DNA of 63,002 bases, filler included, from Circinaria calcarea (taxonomy: Eukaryota): NCBI GenBank assembly GCA_051942165.1. It is 50 parts of 50 records of this genome, joined end to end, with 100 filler letters (N's around TTAATTAATTAA, not from the genome) between each part and the next. Parts side by side here need not be neighbours in the genome. Positions count along the whole stretch, not along the records: positions 49,344 to 50,497 come from JAVECS010005214.1; positions 50,598 to 51,751 come from JAVECS010005215.1; positions 51,852 to 53,003 come from JAVECS010005216.1; positions 53,104 to 54,255 come from JAVECS010005217.1; positions 54,356 to 55,506 come from JAVECS010005218.1; positions 55,607 to 56,757 come from JAVECS010005219.1; positions 56,858 to 58,008 come from JAVECS010005220.1; positions 58,109 to 59,258 come from JAVECS010005221.1; 42 more parts are not named here. One strand, written 5' to 3'. Under the pieces are notes generated by a model that was not told the origin of the DNA, ran no database searches, and worked only from the letters and a program-made list of their open reading frames with translations. The translations under genes and the position numbers were made by a program. Below, in pieces: positions 49,244-61,015 of this stretch (the first letter of the stretch is position 1; the number at the start of each line of letters is the position of its first letter).

Positions 49244-50084
49244 NNNNNNNNNNNNNNNNNNNNNNNNNNNNNNNNNNNNNNNNNNNNTTAATTAATTAAN
49301 NNNNNNNNNNNNNNNNNNNNNNNNNNNNNNNNNNNNNNNNNNNCCCCTCCCCCTAAAAAAAAATTGAACCAAAACCCAGATTCCCTCTTCCCTCCCCCAA
49401 AAATATACAACAATGACCCTACCAGCAAGCCAGCCAATCTGCCTCTTGCTCTTGTTTTGTTTTATTTTATTTTGTTTTAATTTGCTTCATGAATTACCGT
49501 CTACATAACATGTCTACATTACCCCTGATTTAAATAAATAATACAGCCTCCACGAAAACAGAGATAAAACGATAGTGACAGTGATAGTGACAGTGCCATG
49601 ACGAGTTCGGCTTCCCTCCCCTTCCGTCCTGAAATTCTCACCCTTGAGGGGGAAAAAAAAATTAAAAATTCCCAGCCTACCTAGCCCCTTTTGTACGGGA
49701 GGGGGGGGCGCGGCTGGCTCCCAATTACTCAACACTTCTCAACCAAGTATGTGTGTATGTGTATATAAGAGAGAGAGAGAGCGAGAGCGCGTGTGGGGGG
49801 GGCGTTTGCTTTTCGCCTTCCATCTTCCCTCTTCCCTCGCCTTTGCTCGCTGAGAAAATATATATATATATATATAAGGGCATAGACTATATTTATTATA
49901 TAGTATTTTATAGCATTTATCATACATACTTTCCGGCTCAGCCGTGCATTCCAATTGAAGACGTAGTGCCCTCTCTGTAATGCCCCTCCTTTCTGCGTGT
50001 AGAACTCCCAGGTTCCGAACCGGCGAGTTCATGTGTATGGTGCTAGGTTCGATATTTTAAAATGCCTCATGGCAATTAAGGTGC

Positions 50085-50497
50085 GCTATTAATAATTATA
50101 TTATACAGTATTATTAAATAGTTTTTAAAATAGATAAATTTAAAATTTATTAAAATAATAAATTAATACCGAGAGGGATAATACGCTAGCTGAATAAAAA
50201 ATAAATATATATAATAAATAAATTTTTATATATAACCGAGGAACGATCCGCGGGCACCGGAAATAATATTTTAATAATCTCGATAACGAAATAAACAACG
50301 AAGGATATTATATATAAAATAAAATAAAAATAATTAAATAAAAATAAGCTTTCCGGAGAAAAATATTAAATAAATTATTTAAAACCGAATATTATAAAAA
50401 TAGATATTATATTCGTATCGTAAAAAAAATAAAAATAAAAAATTTAATTAAATAAAAAAATTATAATATTATTCGCTCCTAAAACCGATATAATAAT
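50085..50497. mobile_element. Extremely AT-rich RIP-like transposon relic
   Basis: Very AT/TpA-rich with residual CCG/CGG islands. Confidence 0.55.
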
Positions 50498-50597
50498 NNN
50501 NNNNNNNNNNNNNNNNNNNNNNNNNNNNNNNNNNNNNNNNNTTAATTAATTAANNNNNNNNNNNNNNNNNNNNNNNNNNNNNNNNNNNNNNNNNNNN

Positions 50598-51441
50598 TAT
50601 AATGATTCACACTGATGACGACGGTGAAAGGGTCAGCTACGAAGCACTTGAACCTGAAGCCATTTTAGCGCTCGTCATGGAAAACCTAATGCAAAGTTCC
50701 TTTCAAGCCGGAGAGTATGAGATGGATCTGGCGGAAGTGTATAGTGAATACATGTCACAATTGGTAGTTCTCCCGTTCTTATAGTTCTGTGCTTAACCCA
50801 CCATGATTTCAATCCACTTACAAGTAAAAGGAGATCAAAGTTCAAGCAAACCCTAGTGTTCGGCAATTCAGGGACATCAAATATCTAAGCGAAGAGCTCG
50901 AGGTCATCTCCAAGACACTACTGAGCCAGCGTCAAGTTTTGGTGGATTATCAGACGCTAGTCGATGATGGGAAGATTCGTCTGATCCCATCGTCCTACTC
51001 AAGCAACCTGCGAAGAAGGATCTTATACAGAAGCCTTCAATCCGTGGACCAGAAGATCGAAGAGATTAATGAATTGAGGGTTCGAGCTTCAAACACACAG
51101 TTCTTGGTGAGTGACCTACGCGGACCTAGTGCTTATATATATCCATGCTGACCACCACGAAGGCCGCTCAAACGATCTCGGTTCACACAGAGTCAAAGGA
51201 CAAGGCAATCTTAGTCTTTACTGTTGTCACGGTGGTATTTTTACCGCTCACTTTCGTGACGGGCTACCTCGGCATGAATGTGCAGGACGTTCGGGATTCG
51301 ACCCAGGACCAAGGCCTCTTCTGGTCAATTGCGCTGCCAATCACTTTTGTCATATTCGTGGCTGTGTTATTGCTCATGGCGCCCTCTCTCAGAAATCGTA
51401 TCTTCGCTGTATTTCCCTCGAGGCGAAATAAGCATGACTGA
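50598..51441 (+). CDS. Fungal protein with C-terminal CorA-like domain, 3' fragment with introns
   Basis: ESKDKAILVFTVVTVVFLPLTFVTGYLGMNVQDVR..LFWSIALP (GMN motif, two TMs). Confidence 0.85.
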
Positions 51442-51851
51442 GCGGTATTGCCTTTGGGATCGCTCCCGTCCAGCAACACTCCGCCTCCCAACTTCTTTCC
51501 GATATCCGCCTCCTTGTCCCTCGTCGCCCACATTTCCGAGAAACAGGGGTTAACAGCATGCCACTAGCACTAGTATCTGAAGGTCATTTGGTGAGTTTCA
51601 CAAAGAATTAACTGGATCGGCCCGAAGGTTCAGGTGATGCAAGGGTGATTTTGAAGGTACGGGCTAGGTTGGGTGGGTTACCCGATATTCCGACAAGTGG
51701 GGAGTTGATTTTGAATTCTGAAAATCCGGGGTGAAGGGGGCGGCGGGGGAGNNNNNNNNNNNNNNNNNNNNNNNNNNNNNNNNNNNNNNNNNNNNTTAAT
51801 TAATTAANNNNNNNNNNNNNNNNNNNNNNNNNNNNNNNNNNNNNNNNNNNN

Positions 51852-52285
51852 CCGCCACTGTCATTGACATAATCATCTCCATTATTAGTATAGATAAAAT
51901 CAGAACTTCGTGATCCAGTAATAACATCGGTATTTACACTGCCCTGAATAGAGTCTATCCCGTCAATGACGGTGTTCGAAAGATCGAGAGTAGATGATAG
52001 ACCATTGATAATCCTTACTCCATAATGCCCATCAGCACTGATGAACTCTACAGAGCTTGACACATAAAGGTTGCTTAGACCAATATACATATTGTTTTCT
52101 AAAGCAAATATTCCGTCAGTGCCTGCTCCACCAGATATGTTGTCAAAGCCTTCGGCATTTGCAACATAAAAAATATCGTTTCCACCCTGACCTGAAAGGA
52201 AATCATTGCTCTCATAGCCTCGGAAAACGTCATCTCCATCCGTTCCAGTAAGAAAATCAGCTCCGGCTGTGCCTGGCTTGAACAC
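51852..52285 (-). CDS. Bacterial RTX/hemolysin-type calcium-binding repeat protein, 5' fragment
   Basis: AGGAG RBS, GTG start, nonapeptide-like repeats GTAGADFLT, GTDGDDVFR, GQGGNDIFY, GGAGTDGIF, TNNGDDYVN. Confidence 0.85.
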
Positions 52286-52332
52286 TATCTACTTACTCTC
52301 CTATTCCGTTCAGGGTCATGCCTGAATTAAGC

Positions 52333-52980
52333 TTAAATTCTGTAATCGACAACGTTGGCTGACTTGAGTGTTTGTAGAACTGCGTCTGCACTCGACACAT
52401 CAGAAGCTCTCTGGGTGTCGTTGTCGGATTTCCGATCCGGAAAAGAACTAGCATTCTTCGAAATCAGAGTTCTTCCATCACTATCAACATGAACACCAAA
52501 TTGATCGCCGTGGTAGGATAATGAGAATGGTCCTTGTGACCATGTTCCATCCTCTTGTTTTGCCGGAAGAGAGCCAACTGCACCGTAATTTTCCGTAACA
52601 TATTGGTTCCACCTAGTGAGACTTTGTTCTATACTAATTATTAATTTACTTGTATCTTCAAGGTATGCCTTGACACCTTCTTCTCCAAGTGCATCGCGAG
52701 CATTCTGGATATTGTCCGGCTTGAAGCCGCTTTTTAGATTATTAATCATTTGAGACATGTTATTTATATTTTGTGCCACAAAGTAAATTTCATCAGGCGC
52801 TTGGTCCGCGCTGGTGCTGGCAAGTGCTGTTTGAGACGCTTGTATAGCCTCGTTGCTGATGGACACGGTGTCGCTAGGCCGGGCTGAGGCTAGGGTGCCC
52901 TCGGGCAAGGACGGCAACGAGTTTCGGCTTATTGTCCTGTCAACCACGTTCATAGCAGGTGGCGGGGCGATTATCATCAC
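52333..52980 (-). CDS. Bacterial-type hypothetical protein upstream of the RTX gene
   Basis: Intronless ~215-aa ORF ending 47 nt before the RTX start; DTVSISNEA motif, C-terminal VVDYRI. Confidence 0.7.
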   Translation of the reverse strand: MMIIAPPPAMNVVDRTISRNSLPSLPEGTLASARPSDTVSISNEAIQASQTALASTSADQAPDEIYFVAQNINNMSQMINNLKSGFKPDNIQNARDALGEEGVKAYLEDTSKLIISIEQSLTRWNQYVTENYGAVGSLPAKQEDGTWSQGPFSLSYHGDQFGVHVDSDGRTLISKNASSFPDRKSDNDTQRASDVSSADAVLQTLKSANVVDYRI

Positions 52981-53673
52981 ACACTCCGGGTATAACACAA
53001 TAGNNNNNNNNNNNNNNNNNNNNNNNNNNNNNNNNNNNNNNNNNNNNTTAATTAATTAANNNNNNNNNNNNNNNNNNNNNNNNNNNNNNNNNNNNNNNNN
53101 NNNCCCCCCCCTTCTTTCTGGTTAGGTAAACAATCAAGCTACTCCATCACGAAAGTCCGGAGGAGGGTAGGTAGGTAGGTAGGTAGATAATCGTTCCCAA
53201 TTCCCAAAAAACGCGAAATACTGCAAAATCCCCCCGAATGATAAAAAATAAATTGAATGAGTGAATTACCTGTACCCCCCCGGCCCCTCCGTTTCGGTTT
53301 CGGTTTCGGTTTCCGGTTCCGGTGGATTACATACTTTGTATCCTCCATGTACCATACTAACAACATACGTTTCTTCTACTTTCGACTTTCTGCTTTCCCT
53401 TCCTTTTGGAATTCCAAATTTTCATCAATCCCGATTAACAATATCCGCATCTCATCTTCTCATCGCGCACACTTATGGTAAACTTTCAAAAAAACATTTT
53501 CGTACCATATTACGACAAAAAACGGGGTGGGAATTATTTTAATTTATTACCATATCCCTTTGGGAGCCCGAAAAATACAAATCCCATCCCCTCTCCCCCT
53601 TCCCCCTTTTCACCCGAAAAAAAAAAAAAAAATATCAAACCACGGCGGATATTTCTTCCTAGATGAAGAATTT

Positions 53674-53761
53674 AAAATCAAAAATCAAAAATCAAAAATC
53701 AAAAATCAAAAATCAAAAATCAAAAATCAAAAATCAAAAATCAAAAATCAAAAATCAAAAA
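53674..53761 (+). repeat. (AAAAATC)n perfect heptamer array, ~12 units
   Basis: Direct reading. Confidence 0.97.
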
Positions 53762-53998
53762 TATTATGGCGCCAGCACCATAGCATGTACTAGGCCAGGA
53801 TAAGGTTAGGGCCGGAACGGACTAACCTGAGATTCCGTGCTCAGTATGCTCACGTGTGATAAATATCGGTGAGCAGGATGAGCAGGGAACCAGTGCTCAT
53901 GGGTGCTCAGTACGCTCAGGGAGAATGAGCAGAGTGAGCAGGATGAGCAAGGCTTTATATATAGCAGACTATCCCCGCTCTTTAGAATAGTATGTGTC
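53762..53998 (+). mobile_element. LTR fragment (TGTTATGGCG family)
   Basis: Starts TATTATGGCGCC; TGAGCA repeats; TATATA box and GCTCTTTAGAATAG block shared with other copies. Confidence 0.65.
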
Positions 53999-54355
53999 AG
54001 GCTCTACGGTTAGGGGGTGGCGATACCTCGCTTAGTTGGCGTCTTGGCGTATAGTGAAACCCTTTCACTCGCACACTTCTCCTCCTGTAATGATTAGTTC
54101 TCGCATATACTGCGTATAGCCATCGTATTGCTCGTGCCTCACATTACCACATACCTTAGCTCTAGATACTTTTCAAGTAAAGTATTCTACGGCCTCACAG
54201 TAAAATAATAAAACAAAGGAATGGGAGCGGACGCTTTCTTTGCGGGGGGGTGGGGNNNNNNNNNNNNNNNNNNNNNNNNNNNNNNNNNNNNNNNNNNNNT
54301 TAATTAATTAANNNNNNNNNNNNNNNNNNNNNNNNNNNNNNNNNNNNNNNNNNNN

Positions 54356-54601
54356 ATTGAACACGGTCTATAAACATACTATTCTAAAGAACAGGAATAA
54401 TTTATTATATATAACACTCTATTCATCATACTCACCCTCCTGAATATCATAAACACACTAAACACTCCGTTCACCCTACTCACTCTACTCACCTCCATGA
54501 GCATCATGAGCATATTAAGCATTCCCACGGTGGCGGTTCCCCCGACCCGTGGTCCTATCCTAACCGGGCCTAGTGCATGTCATGGCGGGCACGCCATAAC
54601 A
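54356..54601 (-). mobile_element. LTR 5' part (TGTTATGGCG family)
   Basis: Minus strand starts TGTTATGGCGTGCCCGCCATGACATGCACTAGG. Confidence 0.7.
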
Positions 54602-54639
54602 CCTAGTCCCTGATAGCAGTGGATTAGACCTCAGGTCCG

Positions 54640-55301
54640 TATTATGGCGCTTAGGCTATATGTTATGGCGCGCCCGCCATACCCATGACAGGACTAGTCT
54701 CGGGCACGGAAGAACGTAGATGCGCCATGATCAGATGGATTAGGAGGGCTTGGCACCTACGAGCTCTGAGCATGGGATTATGCTCAGAGGGCTCAGGTAG
54801 ATCAGGACGGTGAGCGCCCTGAGCCACCTGAGCAAACAGACTATATAGGTAGGCTGATTCCCTTATGGAATCAGCATGCTTATCTCAATAGCGAAGTGCA
54901 ATCGAACCCATTATCCTTCCGTATTGGTATTACTACAGAGTGACACTATTCTCGCACTAGCCCTATCACTGCTAGACATACCCTTACACTATACCCATGG
55001 TAGAACTAGCCTCGGACACGGAAGAACGAAGATGCGCTACGCTTAGATGGATCAGAAGGGCTTGGCATCAACGGTTTCTGAGCATACGGGTTATGCTCAG
55101 AGGGCTCAGATGGATCAGGACGTGGAGCGCCCTGAGCCACCTGAGCAAACCTAGTCTATAGGCAGGACGATTCCCTTATGGAATCGGCATGCTTATTTCA
55201 ATAGCGAAGTGCAATACAACTTATTAGCCTTCCGTATTGGTATTACTACAGAGTGACACTATTCTCGCACTAGCCCTATCACTGCTAGCAACACCCTTAT
55301 A
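54640..55301 (+). mobile_element. Solo LTR (outer) with TSD GTCCG, interrupted by a same-family solo LTR
   Basis: GTCCG at 54635-54639 and 55302-55306; termini TATTATGGCG..CCTTATA. Confidence 0.85.
54661..54988 (+). mobile_element. Solo LTR (inner, 328 bp) with TSD CTATA
   Basis: TGTTATGGCG..CCTTACA; CTATA at 54656-54660 and 54989-54993. Confidence 0.88.
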
Positions 55302-55606
55302 GTCCGTTGCATTACTATAAAGGTAGAACGGCAGGCTATATACAACTACCACTACGCTAATCCTAATACGGCTTACATCTACGACCTAGCCTCCATTTAA
55401 TAAAATAAATAATATTAAATAAATTTTTTAATTTATTTTATTATTTATAAAAATTTTATAAATTATTACCCGATTTTTCGATATTATATTTTAAATAATA
55501 TATTATNNNNNNNNNNNNNNNNNNNNNNNNNNNNNNNNNNNNNNNNNNNNTTAATTAATTAANNNNNNNNNNNNNNNNNNNNNNNNNNNNNNNNNNNNNN
55601 NNNNNN

Positions 55607-55970
55607 GAAATTCCAGACCAAAAGGCGGAAATGGCGCTGATGTGGAGAGACTCGGCTATTATCTACGGTTCGGTGTCAGCGGTTTGTTTTCTTCTCGCAG
55701 TCAGTCTTAGACATTCCACCGGTGCCAAGATGATCAATGCTCGTAACACTACTTGAGGGCACAGCGGGAGGGGATGTCTCAGGGGCTGAGTGATGGAAAG
55801 TGAAGTTGTGTCTAAAGCTACTGCTAGGGTAATTATGCAAAGATGGGTAAATGTAATATAAAAAAATTTTCCTGGATCAAATTTCTTCGCCCTTGTCAGA
55901 GATCTAGAATCCAAGGCAATTGGATCTGCCATCAGCTGAGTTGGCTTTAACTCAGGTTCGCTTCCACTGT
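55607..55970 (-). pseudogene. MFS drug:H+ antiporter (DHA2-like) 5' fragment, possibly damaged
   Basis: FFYITFTHLCIITLAVALDTTSLSI..|IIAESLHISAISAFWSGI; the expected donor after TQP reads CTGAGA rather than GT. Confidence 0.55.
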
Positions 55971-56030
55971 GGGGAATAATTTTGGCTTGGGGGGGGGGTA
56001 TATTTTGTGTGGATGAAAATTAAAGGAGTA

Positions 56031-56755
56031 CCAGTGCGGACCACCGATTCGCATTCACTAGCGATTCGCAACTCCCAAACCTAAAATCTTTCCGAAACCC
56101 CACTTAATTCTTTCATGCACACCTAATTTCAGTACAACCACAAGTAAAATCATGGCGCAAAACGAGGCAGATACTTGGCCCATAGAGGACAGAATCAAGC
56201 ATGCGATTGAGTCAATTGGTGAAGGTATATACCCAAATCTGAAATCGGCTACCACTGCATTCAATATTTTATATTACAACCTTCTAAATCGACGACGTGG
56301 TGCCTAACCTTTATCCAACGCGCTGGCACTTATAGCATGGAGGTGTATTAGCAGTGCAGGAGGCTAGAGAAATGATTCATGGGCGAAGGCTTATTGAATT
56401 AAATAAGGCCCAGCGGTCAGTAGAATTTCAGGTTAAAAGATACCTGAATGCATTGAAAATAGTTGGAAAGGAAGCAGCGAAAGCTGGCATAAAGCTGCAG
56501 CAATTCATGAATTCGCAACGCAGCGAAATACGTGTAATTGGCAGCGAAGTGGCAAAACGCGTAATTACTTGGGAGCGCATTGCGCATGATCTACGTGTTT
56601 ATAATAATGTAGAACTCTAGACTTAATGTACATCATCCACTGTCTTTATTACATAGTAAATCATTAAGAAAGTGTGACATTTATTGGTATATTTCAAGAT
56701 TTTAAGTTTTCGAGTTGCGAATCGCTAGTGAATGCGAATCGGTGGTCCGCACTGG
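56031..56755 (+). mobile_element. Non-autonomous pogo/Fot1-like DNA transposon (725 bp, internally deleted)
   Basis: Perfect 44-bp TIRs (56031-56074, 56712-56755), TA on both sides, psq-type HTH start at 56152 (EDRIKHAIESI..NLKSATTAFNI..LLNRRRG, stop), no DDE domain. Confidence 0.92.
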
Positions 56756-56857
56756 TANNNNNNNNNNNNNNNNNNNNNNNNNNNNNNNNNNNNNNNNNNN
56801 NTTAATTAATTAANNNNNNNNNNNNNNNNNNNNNNNNNNNNNNNNNNNNNNNNNNNN

Positions 56858-57262
<405 letters not shown>

Positions 57263-58970
57263 TTAGTGGGGCAGTAAGGTAAAAGGGGGGGGGGAGTGTG
57301 TACTGGAAAATGGGAAGTAAAAGTTGCATTCTAAGTATGTCTCTATTACAGTGATTTATAATCCGTTCCTCTTCCGAGCTACTCCTGTAATCTTATTACT
57401 TTGTCAGCAGAGTCTGTTGGAAGGATTGCCAAGATCTATCCCGTGCCTGATCGACAGTGCATCAATGACGTGCAGGGGATACCAATTTATGCACTCTGAC
57501 GATCCGATACTGCAGGCCCGGGTGTCAATTGGAGTGGGCCGACGTTTTCTCCTGCAGAACAGCAAATATCATCGACCGTGGAGACCGTTTGATGATAGAC
57601 TTGGAATGCCTCCAAAGCCATGGAAACTCGAACGTTTCTGCGACTGATTACAATCCAGTAGGACCTATCTACACCGTGCATCTCGAGTACCGGCAAGGTT
57701 TTTTCCAAACAATCGTTCCGGCTTTTGAACGCCGAACCCCTTTCCGTGTATCTACGCTGCCACATCCTGGTAGCCCCATTGCGCCATTGCTATGCTGAAA
57801 ACGTTCACCAACCATTACGAATAGAGGGCAATCAAGGTCGCTGCAATGATTCAATCCTCGCCCCGGTCTGTAATGCCAACCGCAATGCCTCCTCCTGCTT
57901 CTTCAGTTCCTGCTCCCTCAGGAATTGGGCAAACTTGGACCGCGGGTTGTGGATGCCGCACTCCGTCTTCTGCCGCCCTTTCCAGCGACCAGCCCGCTCA
58001 TCCTCGCCNNNNNNNNNNNNNNNNNNNNNNNNNNNNNNNNNNNNNNNNNNNNTTAATTAATTAANNNNNNNNNNNNNNNNNNNNNNNNNNNNNNNNNNNN
58101 NNNNNNNNGTGTTGGTCCCTTTTATGATAGTCTCGAAAACCTTCCCTGCTCTACGAGTATACCATGCTCTGTGTTCTAGGCTAAGATTGGAGGAGCGGTG
58201 CATACTCTAGGCAGCTAAGGATAAGGAGATGAACATACACAGGGCAGTGATTGATGGTGTTCACCCTGTCCTATTTCAAACTAGGTGCCCATGTTTCATC
58301 AAAGCTCCAAGTATGATGCATGTGTCAAAGTGGAAGCAATGCTTTACGAGATAGCATTGGCTGTTGGACGAGATGAAGGAGAATGTGTTCATTATTGATA
58401 CTACTTTATTTTGCTGCGAACATAATGAATGAGCAACATACTGTCCCATTTAAGGTCTTGAGCAATTCCCAGTCTGATCCCTCCCGTTTCCCAACCAAAC
58501 CATGAGAGACCAGATCCCAAAACATTTGACTACCCTCCTATCCCTGAGGAAAGTGCCGGCAAGACTAATTGGAGGTGATGAAACGCCCTTTAGAATTACA
58601 GGCACTCTTTCCCAAGCAACAGCAGAGAATGGCAAGATCGGTAGGATCGCATGCATACAAATTGCGTTTGGGTTTCTATTCAGCATCTTGCATGTACAAT
58701 ATTGGAACGTCAATTAGTTAGTTCTTGGTTGATCACAGAATATCAACACTGTGGTCCAGTGTAAGTATGGCCGTCACTTCGTTCTCATTTTCTTTTCTGC
58801 ACTGATAACGCAAGGAAGGTGCTTTCTCAGGCACGGTCATAAACCTTGTCAAATCGTTAGAAATCGTGGAGACTACCACGATTACTAAGGACCGTTCTTA
58901 GGGCCGTGGATTCCGGTCCAGTTCGATCCCAAGACTTTAAGAAGCAACGCTGTTTGTGGGTCGGTGAGCA

Positions 58971-59258
58971 TTAGTCGAACTATAGAAGTCAGTATAGGCT
59001 TCCGCCCTATTATGGTATACACAAAACATACTGGAGTCAGGAAGGACTCAGCCACGAATCGTGCTCGAGCATTAAGCTTTATAGTCGTTAGTGACCATTC
59101 ACAATAGAGAGGTCATCATGACTAGGAATCCTCGTTGAAGCAAAATACGTACGAAAAGTTTCATCTCAGATATTTCCTTGTCCACCTCCTCCATAAACTG
59201 AATGATGAAATCAACCAACTTGTGCTTCAACATCTCCTCGGTGTGGAAGTTGGTAATC
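58971..59258 (-). CDS. ARC19: Arp2/3 complex subunit ARPC4, 3' part with two introns
   Basis: [52 protein letters not shown], stop. Not in the ORF track. Confidence 0.94.
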
Positions 59259-59919
59259 NNNNNNNNNNNNNNNNNNNNNNNNNNNNNNNNNNNNNNNNNN
59301 NNTTAATTAATTAANNNNNNNNNNNNNNNNNNNNNNNNNNNNNNNNNNNNNNNNNNNNTGATATATAAATGGATATATCCAATATTACATCAAAAAGATT
59401 TTACTTGATCTATATGAACTGGTATTAGAAACCCTCAAAAAACCATTAATAATCAATAAAACAAGAGCGATAACTCAAAATAATAAAACAGTGGTACAAT
59501 AATCAGTAAATTAAGGAAAATTAAAGCCGAATTAAAGTAAAGCAAGCTAGATTTAAATTTAGACATAATCATTTCTATTAAATATAATTAATACGAGGCA
59601 TCTCCTCAAGTGAAAAAAAAAAACTAGAAGAGTTTGCGAAATTCTTTAAGAGTTTTTTTTTCAAATAACCATCAACTGATATATTTGAATAAGTTTTTAA
59701 TTAATCTTAATATATTGGGCTGGGCTAGAGTTATCAGATTCAAACTGATACCTTAAAGCGAAGCTTTATATTCTGTCTATTAAACTAAACTCTTTCTTGC
59801 TTAATGTATAAATACATTAAGCAGCTATATTTATAAATTAAGTAAGTAAAAATTATATTAAAGAGTACAGTACCAACGGAAAAGGAAAAAATTTAATAAA
59901 AATAATTGCAACTAAATAA

Positions 59920-60504
59920 TTAAACATTCTTTTTTACATTATCATCTATTCATTTTTCTAGTATTTTAATATTTTTTAAAAGAGATAGATTATTAACTTT
60001 TTTATCGAAATCAATCCCATCTAAATATTTATTATAAGGCTTTTTTCAAGGAAAACTTCTATTACTTTTAATGGCATTATGTTTAACTCCTTCATCTGAA
60101 ACAAGAATTTGTTTTAGAGATAAAAAACCTTTATTTAAAGTATCTTTTTGCTCTTTAGAAAAGCTGTTAAAACAAACAACTATTCCTTCTCTTTCACCTC
60201 AAGCAGTTTTTTTTCTTGACGTTGCCCTTAAAAGTAATTCAAGTTCACGTAAAGTCATTTTTGCACTACTATATAGTTTACCTTTTCCATCTAGTTGTCT
60301 TGGATTCAAGGCTAGATATTCTTTTAGTCATCGTTGTTTTCTTTTATAAAAATCTTTTTTTTTTTCGTGACTAGCAGTAGAATATTGAGATAAATAATCT
60401 GGTATCACTTCATGATCAAGATTTAGTCTCACAATACTCCCAGCGGGCTTACTGTCGCCATCGGCAACAGATATTCGAATTTCCTTTTTGTTAGTATAGT
60501 CTAT
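59920..60504 (-). CDS. Unidentified ORF (~195 codons, 5'-truncated) in genetic code 4 on an AT-rich organelle-like contig
   Basis: Frame interrupted only by four TGA codons (QR*LK, TA*GE, FP*KK, EK*ID) and ends at TAA; A/T-ending codons dominate. Confidence 0.65.
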
Positions 60505-60679
60505 ATNNNNNNNNNNNNNNNNNNNNNNNNNNNNNNNNNNNNNNNNNNNNTTAATTAATTAANNNNNNNNNNNNNNNNNNNNNNNNNNNNNNNNNNNNNN
60601 NNNNNNCACCTAACCCTAACAGGCTGGGGATATCCCGGGCTTAGGCTATATACAACGGGTATAAGTAATATAGTTATGA

Positions 60680-61015
60680 AATATAGCATGAAACGTAACA
60701 TAGTATAGAGTATAGTATAGAGTATAGCATGGAGCATAGTATGGAAAGAGCATGCAGTATAGTGAAAGCACGCAGCATAGCATAAGAATAGCATGGAAAT
60801 AGCATGCAGCATAACACGGAAAGAGCATGCAATATAGTATAGCGAACGCACGCAGCGTAGCATAGCGCATAGCATGAAAACAGCATGGAAAGAGCATGTA
60901 GTATAGCATGGCAATAGTATGCAGCATAGCATAGCGAAAGCACGCAGCGTAGCATAGCGTATAGCACGGAAAGAGCATAGCGCATAGCATGAAAAGAGCA
61001 TATAGCATAGTATAT
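60680..61015 (+). repeat. Degenerate (GCATA)n satellite with ~70-90-bp higher-order structure
   Basis: GGAAAGAGCAT x4 and GAA(A/C)GCACGCAGC x3 within GCATA/GTATA pentamers. Confidence 0.85.

Noticed and set aside
54640..55301. Direct repeats read as a CRISPR array or tandem duplication
   Set aside because: Explained by nested solo LTRs with TSDs; no repeat-spacer structure or cas genes.
57440..57480. ATGACGTG as a MetR/CYS-3 site upstream of MET3
   Set aside because: Does not fit ATGRYRYCAT fully; a short match is expected by chance.
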